A stretch of 63,978 nt of DNA, the filler included, from Asterionella formosa (taxonomy: Eukaryota), in assembly GCA_002256025.1 (NCBI GenBank). It is 21 parts of 21 records of this genome, joined end to end, with 100 filler letters (N's around TTAATTAATTAA, not from the genome) between each part and the next. Parts side by side here need not be neighbours in the genome. Positions count along the whole stretch, not along the records: positions 49,604 to 51,315 come from NKIB01001421.1; positions 51,416 to 53,126 come from NKIB01001422.1; positions 53,227 to 54,937 come from NKIB01001423.1; positions 55,038 to 56,748 come from NKIB01001424.1; positions 56,849 to 58,559 come from NKIB01001425.1; positions 58,660 to 60,369 come from NKIB01001427.1; 15 more parts are not named here. One strand, given 5' to 3'. Of the stretch, positions 49,752 to 60,469 are shown one piece after another. The notes below the pieces were generated by a model. The model saw only the letters and a list, made by a program, of their open reading frames with translations, did not search any database and was not told the DNA's origin. Position numbers and translations under genes: made by a program. Position 1 is the stretch's first letter, and every line of letters starts with the position of its first letter.

Positions 49752-50846
49752 GGTGATCACGTAATATAGTGATGATCAGGAATGCATGCATGATACTCTG
49801 ATCAAATAATGAACGTGATGTATTCAGATAATATATAGATATATTCAAGTAAGCATTTTGATGTATTCAACTAATTCATGTGATCCATTCAAAATCAACT
49901 AGGCTTATTTACGTGATGGTCACTTCACGTAATACGCGGCTTAGATGTACTGGTAAAACATCATAATTAAAATAAACTTAAACATCAGTACAATTAAACA
50001 TCAGCATGGCAACAAGCAATGTTGACCAGGAGAGTAAATGAACTGACACATTCCCATGCTTACAAAAATGTACTTATTTCCATGATGTTGTACAGAGGTT
50101 ATGGCAAATAGCCAATGATAGTACTACAAGCTGTGAGTTTAGTGTAGAGGAGCCTGGGGGAAACAAGGATGATAACCAAACACTTGGCCAGTATTATTCC
50201 ATTAACTATTACTGCAAAAAGGCATTGTAGTACTTTATGCCACATAGTCTTTTCACTTGGAATGTAATTACCCACAGTGGAAATCCAACAGAAAGGCTAC
50301 TATTTACAAGCAGCAGGGCAGGGAGCCGGATGAGGAAATATGCATCTACTATTGGCAGCGCAAGGTTGTCTGGTATGCAGTGGCAACACTAGCTAGTTTG
50401 AGTGGGTACATGGCACATGTAGCCCTGGACTAAATCTATGAGACCAATGGTCAGGATAAGATTGTTACTCACATTCTCGTCAACCAAATGTTGAAAGGTT
50501 GCAGTGGTGGTGGGCATCCACAACGACAGCTGTATTAAGCTAGATAAATGCGTATACTTCTAAATAATAACATACATACTTACTAGATTAAATTCAAATT
50601 TCATTTTCAATGTTATGTACCTTGTTATTTCATTACCTGTTTCTTACCTGGTATAAACACCAGACCAGTTGAATCAGCATTACACACAACAATGAAGCTA
50701 GCAAAATCCGGCAACACCAGGTGCTGGTACCAGGTACCAGGCACCTGGAACATACCGTAGTGCCAGGTACCGGTACCAGGTACCAGGGTACCAGGGGTAC
50801 TTTACGCATTGTAAAAGCATCGCCCCTGGTGAGACGAGGTACCAGG

Positions 50847-51003
50847 TGAGCGATCTTGCGCATCAATACAGATGTATATAGGGTTAGTGTTATATCATGT
50901 ATGTATAAGAACTCAATAATGAGAGAACTCGACTAACCCTCATTGTATAGTTTGGTGTCGACTTGGAGAACGAGTTACACACAAGGATTAACAAATAAGC
51001 TCA
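50847..51003 (+). mobile_element. Putative 157-bp gypsy LTR
   Basis: Bounded by TGAGC...GCTCA. Its 5' half matches the reverse complement of 53227-53307, which follows the gypsy integrase and PPT. No target-site duplication visible. Confidence 0.7.
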
Positions 51004-51415
51004 TATATTCAACAAATACTACTACTTCTAGTTAGATACTTCACTTTGAATTCAAAAAGAGTCCAATTAGAATTAATATTGTTGATGTCCTCTCAAGTTC
51101 CAGTGGTCCAATTGATGAAGGATAACAACATACTAAACATCAAGATTCAAACTTCTTTGTGTATCCTTACAAGCCAGGTCAACATTTGGAGTCTTACAGC
51201 AAAGATATGATCAATTGACGCTCAGGGGAAGCTTGTTTATTGATTTCAGTAAATCCTGTGATATGGCTAACACATATATCTTCAGTCCAGCAGATTCCTT
51301 GCTTGTTCACCTACTNNNNNNNNNNNNNNNNNNNNNNNNNNNNNNNNNNNNNNNNNNNNTTAATTAATTAANNNNNNNNNNNNNNNNNNNNNNNNNNNNN
51401 NNNNNNNNNNNNNNN

Positions 51416-53126
51416 TCTTTCCAATCTTCCAAGTCAATGTCAGGCAAACCACACATGAGTAGTTCCAATTCTTGAAAGTCGAAAATAGTCAAGAGTGGTT
51501 CTGGAATAACATCAAAGAATCCCAACAATAGTTCATTCAATTGTGGCTTGACTCGATCCAACATTCTGTATTTGAGACATGCTTCCAAATATTCTGGAAA
51601 GTTGTCATTGTCCACTTCAATTTTTGCACCATTTGGAATGAGTTCAATCTCTTCCTTGACTCCCATGATATCTTGAGTAGTGGTAAAGTCCAAGCACAGC
51701 ATACTCAAATCTTCCCCACTCGTGGCCAAGGTCTGCAATTGCTTCAAATTGTTGTAATATTCGTCATCGACCATTGCCAAATCACCAAAAGTGACAGGCC
51801 AGCCCAAGATATGTTTGTAAATGTATCCAACCATGTGACCAGCAACAAGTTGTCGGTCAAAGAGTGCCTTGCCCATGACCCGACCCAAGAATCGATAATA
51901 AATCAAGTGATCTTCACAGCAATATTCTGTGCATGTATGCATAATAGTAAAAATGAAAAGAATGAAAACAAGTATGAGTGGAAAGTAAAATAAATATAAT
52001 ATATATATATATATATCTACAAATATCACATGATGTAAAAGACAAAGACACAGCAAACAACATTTCAAGCACATACCAGATGCTGGATTGACTTCCATAC
52101 ACATTTGATTGGCTGAACTACTTTGCCACAATCCCAAATTTGGATCAAATATTTTTTCAGTGACAAGCTGAAACCATTCTCTCGCCAATCCACCAGCATC
52201 AACTCCCATTTCACTAACAAATTCGAATCTCCACAATTTATGTAAATCCTTACGTGACAATGACATGATTGCATCGACAGAATCCCCCAAGAGGAATCCA
52301 CGTCTGACATTCATTCTCATGTGTCCTTCATTCCATTGAACACACAATTGTGCGCAAGTTTCTTGAAACCAAATGGCCTTTTCTTCAAAGGCCTTGACTT
52401 GTGCATTGGCAATGTCTGAGTAGGTTACAAGGTCTCGATTGTCTGCTGATTTGATTCTCGAGTCTACAACTGCGTCACTGGCAGGTACAAGAGAGAGTAT
52501 CCCAGTTCTATGTCTTGGATCATCGCCAGGTCTAAATTCCAGTTTCCTGACATATGCCGACTTTTCCACATTGAATCTCGTACTGAGTTCAATATTTCCT
52601 CGTCCATCCACTCGTACCCATTGAAATTTCATATCAGAAACTCGAATGATACGTTGCCATCCATCCTTAAAATAGGGTAGTTTAATGGCAGCGGCTTCAT
52701 TGGAAATGGGTTTTTTTGAGTCAATGCCAATGGCAATTGGAATCTAATCCTTTGTCCAGAGGTAGCATCGTCTGGACATGTCACAAGTACTCTCACTCCA
52801 CCTGTGAATAAAGCAAATGGTTGTCCAGGTAAGACTCCCCTTGGCACTTCCACTTCAAGCAATTGTGTTGTCTTGTCTTGGTCTCTAATTGGTAGCGGTG
52901 GTGATGACATGTTATTGTTGTTGTTGCTGTGGTTGCTGGTATTACTATTCATACTGGTACGACTGGTAATGTCTGTACTGGTTGGTGGTGGTACAATTCG
53001 AACATTCATACCTGGTCTAGCATTTTGTGGACAAGTTACCATGAGTTGTTGTCCTTGAATAGTGACAGGGAATTGTTGTCCTCCTCGAATGCCATCAGGA
53101 ATGGTATCCATATTAGCAGTGGGCCC
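51416..53126 (-). pseudogene. HECT E3 ligase copy 3 (internal fragment, 1-nt frameshift near 52710)
   Basis: Same contig boundaries as copy 2. Intron 52076-51927 (150 nt). A7-run variant shifts the frame. Confidence 0.85.
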
Positions 53127-53226
53127 NNNNNNNNNNNNNNNNNNNNNNNNNNNNNNNNNNNNNNNNNNNNTTAATTAATTAANNNNNNNNNNNNNNNNNN
53201 NNNNNNNNNNNNNNNNNNNNNNNNNN

Positions 53227-54937
53227 CAACAGGTGTTAGTCAAGTTCTGATATATTTGATATAACCCTAACCCGATATACATCTGTATCAATGTGCAGGA
53301 TCGCTCGCTCTCCCACACTTAGGGGAAAACCTTTTACCTATGAAAAGGTTTGATACAACGAATATTAATTCGTTCTATAATACGCAAAGTGCGTTGAAAA
53401 GTAACTGTACCATTGGCATGAACTTGAATAATAGTATAAGGACCTCGTCCACGATCATCCAAAGTAGTAGGATTATCCAAAAGTATTAAGATCTCATCAC
53501 CCACTTTGTAATCATAAGATTGACGACGGAAATTAACACGATGTAAGCGTTCGTCGATTTTAACTTGTCGATGTTGATGTATCAATTGTAAATCTGTAAT
53601 TAAAGGAATATTTAATATCATATCACATTGAAAAACCCATGCTCCTGGTGAAATACGTGATATACTATGAATAGTAGCTCCACCTGCATATGACGCAGCT
53701 GCAAAGCATGTATCCACAATATTTTGGGCTTGAAATTCATTGATTGGAGGATGAGCCTTTAACATAACTCGTAGACTATTGCTGATAGATTGATGTAAAC
53801 GTTCACAGATAGCATTTGCTTGTGGATTCTTTGCTTACTGTAGTAGTCACATCTTTGATTCCATTCAATACTAACTTGTGTAAGAAAGGAGCACCAGTAA
53901 ATTCACCTCCATTGTCATGTATACAACGTTCTGGACGGGGATATCTGGCTAACCAATCATTTTCAAATTTCATTGCAATATATTCTGATGTTTTATTGGT
54001 GATACGTGAAATTTCTGCTAAATTGGTGACTGTGTCAATACAAGTTAGAGCACGAAATTCAATCGTTTGAGCAGCCACTGTTATCTTCCATGGACCAATT
54101 AGATCTACTGCGACTTCTGACCATGGTAATAATAATGCATTCCTGGGTGAAAGTTCACCAAAACCAGTACCAGGTAATTTTGTAAGTTGACATGCTTCAC
54201 ATACTCTTACAATATGTTCCACTCTTGCTTTTAATACAGGGTGATAAAAATGTGTAGCGATTGTAGCATTTAATCTTGTCATACCCACATGAGCTAACAT
54301 CTGATGATACCAATTAAAAATAGGATCCAATAATGATGTAGGAATAGCAATACGCCAAGTATCTCCTGGATTCTTCACAAAACATATTAAAAATATGTCA
54401 TGAACATTGATGGAGGGAAATTTTAACGGATATATATCATGTATTGAATTGTAATCCAGAGGATATTGAATATTGTCTGTCAAGATTGGATGATTAAGGA
54501 AACAGGTAAGCAAAGGTTCATCATCTAATTCAATTGAAAGGGTAGAAAAGGATTGTTGATGCTGGAGATTTCGGTCCAATATCATCCCCCACCAAAGACT
54601 CAAGCCTCGGGAGGCGAGAGATGCAATCTTCAATAGCATTGTCAGTCCTTTTCACATAGTGAAAAGTAGGATGATATTTTTCAATATATAGTCTCCATCT
54701 TAGAACACGTTGAGTATGTAAATTATTATAAATAAGATTTCGATGATCAGTGTGAACATCTAGAACTGCACCCAATAACATAGAGCGAAATTCTTTGAAA
54801 GTTTCTACCTCAGAAAGTAATTCATTTTCAATAGTAGTATAATTCTTTTGAGCAGCAGATAATTTGCGAGAATAATAAGCAACTGGGAGATCATTTTGCA
54901 TAATGACCGACCCTAATTGATAATCAGAGGCATCAGT
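53227..54937 (-). mobile_element. Ty3/gypsy retrotransposon 3' part: RNase H, integrase, PPT and start of 3' LTR; frameshifted
   Basis: TDASDYQLGSVIMQNDLPVAYYSRKLSAAQKNYTTIE, TDHRNL, HHCC (YHQMLAHVG...CEAC), VDLIGPW, HDNGGEF, GPYTIIQVHANGTV. RNase H-then-integrase order indicates gypsy. GGGAGAG tract, then LTR from 53307. Confidence 0.93.
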
Positions 54938-55037
54938 NNNNNNNNNNNNNNNNNNNNNNNNNNNNNNNNNNNNNNNNNNNNTTAATTAATTAANNNNNNN
55001 NNNNNNNNNNNNNNNNNNNNNNNNNNNNNNNNNNNNN

Positions 55038-56748
55038 GGGCCCACTGCTAATATGGATACCATTCCTGATGGCATTCGAGGAGGACAACAATTCCCTGTC
55101 ACTATTCAAGGACAACAACTCATGGTAACTTGTCCACAAAATGCTAGACCAGGTATGAATGTTCGAATTGTACCACCACCAACCAGTACAGACATTACCA
55201 GTCGTACCAGTATGAATAGTAATACCAGCAACCACAGCAACAACAACAATAACATGTCATCACCACCGCTACCAATTAGAGACCAAGACAAGACAACACA
55301 ATTGCTTGAAGTGGAAGTGCCAAGGGGAGTCTTACCTGGACAACCATTTGCTTTATTCACAGGTGGAGTGAGAGTACTTGTGACATGTCCAGACGATGCT
55401 ACCTCTGGACAAAGGATTAGATTCCAATTGCCATTGGCATTGACTCAAAAAAACCCATTTCCAATGAAGCCGCTGCCATTAAACTACCCTATTTTAAGGA
55501 TGGATGGCAACGTATCATTCGAGTTTCTGATATGAAATTTCAATGGGTACGAGTGGATGGACGAGGAAATATTGAACTCAGTACGAGATTCAATGTGGAA
55601 AAGTCGGCATATGTCAGGAAACTGGAATTTAGACCTGGCGATGATCCAAGACATAGAACTGGGATACTCTCTCTTGTACCTGCCAGTGACGCAGTTGTAG
55701 ACTCGAGAATCAAATCAGCAGACAATCGAGACCTTGTAACCTACTCAGACATTGCCAATGCACAAGTCAAGACCTTTGAAGAAAAGGCCATTTGGTTTCA
55801 AGAAACTTGCGCACAATTGTGTGTTCAATGGAATGATGGACACATGAGAATGAATGTCAGACGTCGATTCCTCTTGAGGGATTCTGTTGATGCAATCATG
55901 TCATTGTCACGTAAGGATTTACATAAATTGTGGAGATTCGAATTTGTTAGTGAAATGGGAGTTGATGCTGGTGGATTGGCGAGAGAATGGTTTCAGCTTG
56001 TCACTGAAAAAATATTTGATCCAAATTTGGGATTGTGGCAAAGTAGTTCAGCCAATCAAATGTGTATGGAAGTCAATCCAGCATCTGGTATGTGCTTGAA
56101 ATGTTGTTTGCTGTGTCTTTGTCTTTTACATCATGTGATATTTGTAGATATATATATATATATATTATATTTATTTTACTTTCCACTCATACTTGTTTTC
56201 ATTCTTTTCATTTTTACTATTATGCATACATGCACAGAATATTGCTGTGAAGATCACTTGATTTATTATCGATTCTTGGGTCGGGTCATGGGCAAGGCAC
56301 TCTTTGACCGACAACTTGTTGCTGGTCACATGGTTGGATATATTTACAAACATATCTTGGGCTGGCCTGTCACTTTTGGTGATTTGGCAATGGTCGATGA
56401 CGAATATTACAACAATTTGAAGCAATTGCAGACCTTGGCCACGAGTGGGGAAGATTTGAGTATGCTGTGCTTGGACTTTACCACTACTCAAGATATCATG
56501 GGAGTCAAGGAAGAGATTGAACTCATTCCAAATGGTGCAAAAATTGAAGTGGACAATGACAACTTTCCAGAATATTTGGAAGCATGTCTCAAATACAGAA
56601 TGTTGGATCGAGTCAAGCCACAATTGAATGAACTATTGTTGGGATTCTTTGATGTTATTCCAGAACCACTCTTGACTATTTTCGACTTTCAAGAATTGGA
56701 ACTACTCATGTGTGGTTTGCCTGACATTGACTTGGAAGATTGGAAAGA
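55038..56748 (+). pseudogene. HECT E3 ligase copy 4 (internal fragment, 1-nt frameshift near 55450)
   Basis: Same boundaries as copies 2 and 3. Intron 56088-56237. Carries KTFEE, WNDGH and RRRFLLRDS variants. Confidence 0.85.
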
Positions 56749-56848
56749 NNNNNNNNNNNNNNNNNNNNNNNNNNNNNNNNNNNNNNNNNNNNTTAATTAA
56801 TTAANNNNNNNNNNNNNNNNNNNNNNNNNNNNNNNNNNNNNNNNNNNN

Positions 56849-58559
56849 GGGCCCACTGCTAATATGGATACCATTCCTGATGGCATTCGAGGAGGACAAC
56901 AATTCCCTGTCACTATTCAAGGACAACAACTCATGGTAACTTGTCCACAAAATGCTAGACCAGGTATGAATGTTCGAATTGTACCACCACCAACCAGTAC
57001 AGACATTACCAGTCGTACCAGTATGAATAGTAATACCAGCAACCACAGCAACAACAACAATAACATGTCATCACCACCGCTACCAATTAGAGACCAAGAC
57101 AAGACAACACAATTGCTTGAAGTGGAAGTGCCAAGGGGAGTCTTACCTGGACAACCATTTGCTTTATTCACAGGTGGAGTGAGAGTACTTGTGACATGTC
57201 CAGACGATGCTACCTCTGGACAAAGGATTAGATTCCAATTGCCATTGGCATTGACTCAAAAAAAACCATTTCCAATGAAGCCGCTGCCATTAAACTACCC
57301 TATTTTAAGGATGGATGGCAACGTATCATTCGAGTTTCTGATATGAAATTTCAATGGGTACGAGTGGATGGACGAGGAAATATTGAACTCAGTACGAGAT
57401 TCAATGTGGAAAAGTCGGCATATGTCAGGAAACTGGAATTTAGACCTGGCGATGATCCAAGACATAGAACTGGGATACTCTCTCTTGTACCTGCCAGTGA
57501 CACAGTTGTAGACTCGAGAATCAAATCAGCAGACAATCGAGACCTTGTAACCTACTCAGACATTGCCAATGCACAAGTCAAGACCTTTGAAGAAAAGGCC
57601 ATTTGGTTTCAAGAAACTTGCGCACAATTGTGTGTTCAATGGAATGATGGACACATGAGAATGAATGTCAGACGTCGATTCCTCTTGAGGGATTCTGTTG
57701 ATGCAATCATGTCATTGTCACGTAAGGATTTACATAAATTGTGGAGATTCGAATTTGTTAGTGAAATGGGAGTTGATGCTGGTGGATTGGCGAGAGAATG
57801 GTTTCAGCTTGTCACTGAAAAAATATTTGATCCAAATTTGGGATTGTGGCAAAGTAGTTCAGCCAATCAAATGTGTATGGAAGTCAATCCAGCATCTGGT
57901 ATGTGCTTGAAATGTTGTTTGCTGTGTCTTTGTCTTTTACATCATGTGATATTTGTAGATATATATATATATATATTATATTTATTTTACTTTCCACTCA
58001 TACTTGTTTTCATTCTTTTCATTTTTACTATTATGCATACATGCACAGAATATTGCTGTGAAGATCACTTGATTTATTATCGATTCTTGGGTCGGGTCAT
58101 GGGCAAGGCACTCTTTGACCGACAACTTGTTGCTGGTCACATGGTTGGATATATTTACAAACATATCTTGGGCTGGCCTGTCACTTTTGGTGATTTGGCA
58201 ATGGTCGATGACGAATATTACAACAATTTGAAGCAATTGCAGACCTTGGCCACGAGTGGGGAAGATTTGAGTATGCTGTGCTTGGACTTTACCACTACTC
58301 AAGATATCATGGGAGTCAAGGAAGAGATTGAACTCATTCCAAATGGTGCAAAAATTGAAGTGGACAATGACAACTTTCCAGAATATTTGGAAGCATGTCT
58401 CAAATACAGAATGTTGGATCGAGTCAAGCCACAATTGAATGAACTATTGTTGGGATTCTTTGATGTTATTCCAGAACCACTCTTGACTATTTTCGACTTT
58501 CAAGAATTGGAACTACTCATGTGTGGTTTGCCTGACATTGACTTGGAAGATTGGAAAGA
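56849..58559 (+). pseudogene. HECT E3 ligase copy 5 (internal fragment, 1-nt frameshift near 57262)
   Basis: Differs from copy 4 at very few sites (A8CC vs A7CCC run; SDTVV vs SDAVV). Intron 57899-58048. Confidence 0.85.
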
Positions 58560-58659
58560 NNNNNNNNNNNNNNNNNNNNNNNNNNNNNNNNNNNNNNNNN
58601 NNNTTAATTAATTAANNNNNNNNNNNNNNNNNNNNNNNNNNNNNNNNNNNNNNNNNNNN

Positions 58660-58808
58660 CGGGAAAGGAAATCTTTAACCCAATCCACACTCTCCGGCTG
58701 ACACAAAAAGTACAGTTATCTAATAGGACCAAACGGGAAAGGAAATCTTTAACCCAATCCACACTCTCCGGCAGGCACAAAAAGTGCAGTTTATCTAATT
58801 AGAACCAA
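58660..58808. repeat. Tandem direct repeat, 2 x ~74 bp
   Basis: cgggaaaggaaatctttaacccaatccacactctccggc at 58660 and 58734. Confidence 0.92.
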
Positions 58809-59043
58809 GAACAAAGCTGCCACAATTTTTTTTGAACTACTTCCACACGAGGACGTGACTAACAACCAACCCTTTCTCCACCACCCCCACCATTTATCTG
58901 CTGGGCCATGGAGCGCAACAAGAAAACTCTAGAAATAGAATAGTAAGAATGCGCTATAAAAATGATTAATATATATATCTCTCACCAAAATAATAATATA
59001 TAATATTTTCCATTCTGACGACGGTATCCTCTTTCTTACATAA

Positions 59044-59407
59044 CTTGTTATTATTATTCTTTCTGCGCTAGTCTTTAAGCCTTCGTGTTAGTTTTTGCTC
59101 TGGACAGGGTCAATTCTCACTGTTTCTTAATTTTATAAGCTTAACTTTGATTCATTACAAGTAAAGATATCATCATGTTCATGACTGAACCAAAAAAGTT
59201 CATGATGACGTGGCTAATTTGGAACTACAAGCAAGATTCATTTGACTTGTTACGTAACTTAAGTTTCAATCCCATTTTTTTCATTCATCACACTTGAGAA
59301 CATACCTGTTCTTTGTGTCCCTTTTCGTTGATGTAAATTAAGTAGTAGTAAACCTTCTTCTGATTTAAGAATCTAAGCAAGACTACAATCTCGTTAGCAA
59401 AGCTTCA
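59044..59407 (-). mobile_element. Decayed copy of the copia LTR at 35729-36191
   Basis: Reverse complement shares ttgctaacgagattg, atcagaagaaggttta, catcaacgaaaaggga, gtgtgatgaatg, ttaagaaacagtgagaattgac with 35875-36090. Confidence 0.85.
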
Positions 59408-59939
59408 ATCCTTCTAAGCTGTCAAGGTCATTTGTGTTGTTGTTGTATTGTTATCAATCTCGTTAGCAAAGCTTCACTCCTTCTAAGCTAAAAGTCCAAG
59501 GTCATTTGTGTTGTTGTATTGTTATCACTTTTGTTTTCCATGTCATCATTGTCTGCAAAAAAAAACCATCATAAATATTCCATGATGCATCCTGATTGTG
59601 ATCATCTGATCATAATCTTTCATTATTTAATCTAATAATTTTGATACATGCCCTTGTAATTTAAATAGTAACCATAATTGACTATGTATATTTTTATTTA
59701 TTATATGTATTGTTTCTATCAATGACCTGTATTTGAATTTCTTGGTAGGGATGATGTACCAGCTAAAGTAACGTAATTTAGGCTCGTCATCACTTCCGAT
59801 TTTTGCAACAGCATCGAAAATACTTAGCGATGACAAGTTGAAAGATTGTTTGGGATTAACGTCTTCAATTGTTTGTCAAGTGATCATTTATATCTTTGAG
59901 TAATATCATCAATGAGTGCAGTGAACATATTATATATAT

Positions 59940-60369
59940 ATATATAAGGTGGTGGAGATCAGAAGGAAGGCCAGTGCTGCATTGTTGTTGAAGATGGCAA
60001 AGTTGATGCATACCAGGATGACCAAGTTGTTGATGCCACAACTCTGAGCCGAGAATAGGAGATAAGCGGTGTGTGGTGGGGCTGAAAGAAATCTGATTGA
60101 AATAAAAGAGATTATTTGATCTAGTCAAGGGTGCAATAACTGAGAAAGCATCCAGAAGGGCCATCATAGAAGTGAATGTATGCCCAATCCCTTTCCTGGC
60201 AGCAAATATCAAAGCGAGTAATTGTTGGATGTTTAAGTGCAGATGTGTTGTGGGGACAGAAGAGTCTCAGACAACTGAGGGCAGAGTACATGATGACAGG
60301 GGTGGTAGAACCATCAGAGAATTGGAGTGCATAATAACAATAAACTGGACAGAGCATACCCTGAACATG
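59940..60369 (-). pseudogene. Copia pol remnant (protease to GAG-pre-integrase region)
   Basis: SELWHQQLGHPGMHQL...STGLP matches the LWH.RLGH pre-integrase motif; frameshifted. Confidence 0.75.
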
Positions 60370-60469
60370 NNNNNNNNNNNNNNNNNNNNNNNNNNNNNNN
60401 NNNNNNNNNNNNNTTAATTAATTAANNNNNNNNNNNNNNNNNNNNNNNNNNNNNNNNNNNNNNNNNNNN

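Noticed and set aside
55300..55530. Diversity-generating retroelement acting on the HECT gene
   Set aside because: Differences are not adenine-specific and many are synonymous. No template repeat or DGR reverse transcriptase is present.
45976..58559. HECT copies as a physical tandem or inverted gene array around a gypsy element
   Set aside because: Each copy is a separate contig. They are neighbours only because contigs of near-equal length were sorted together.
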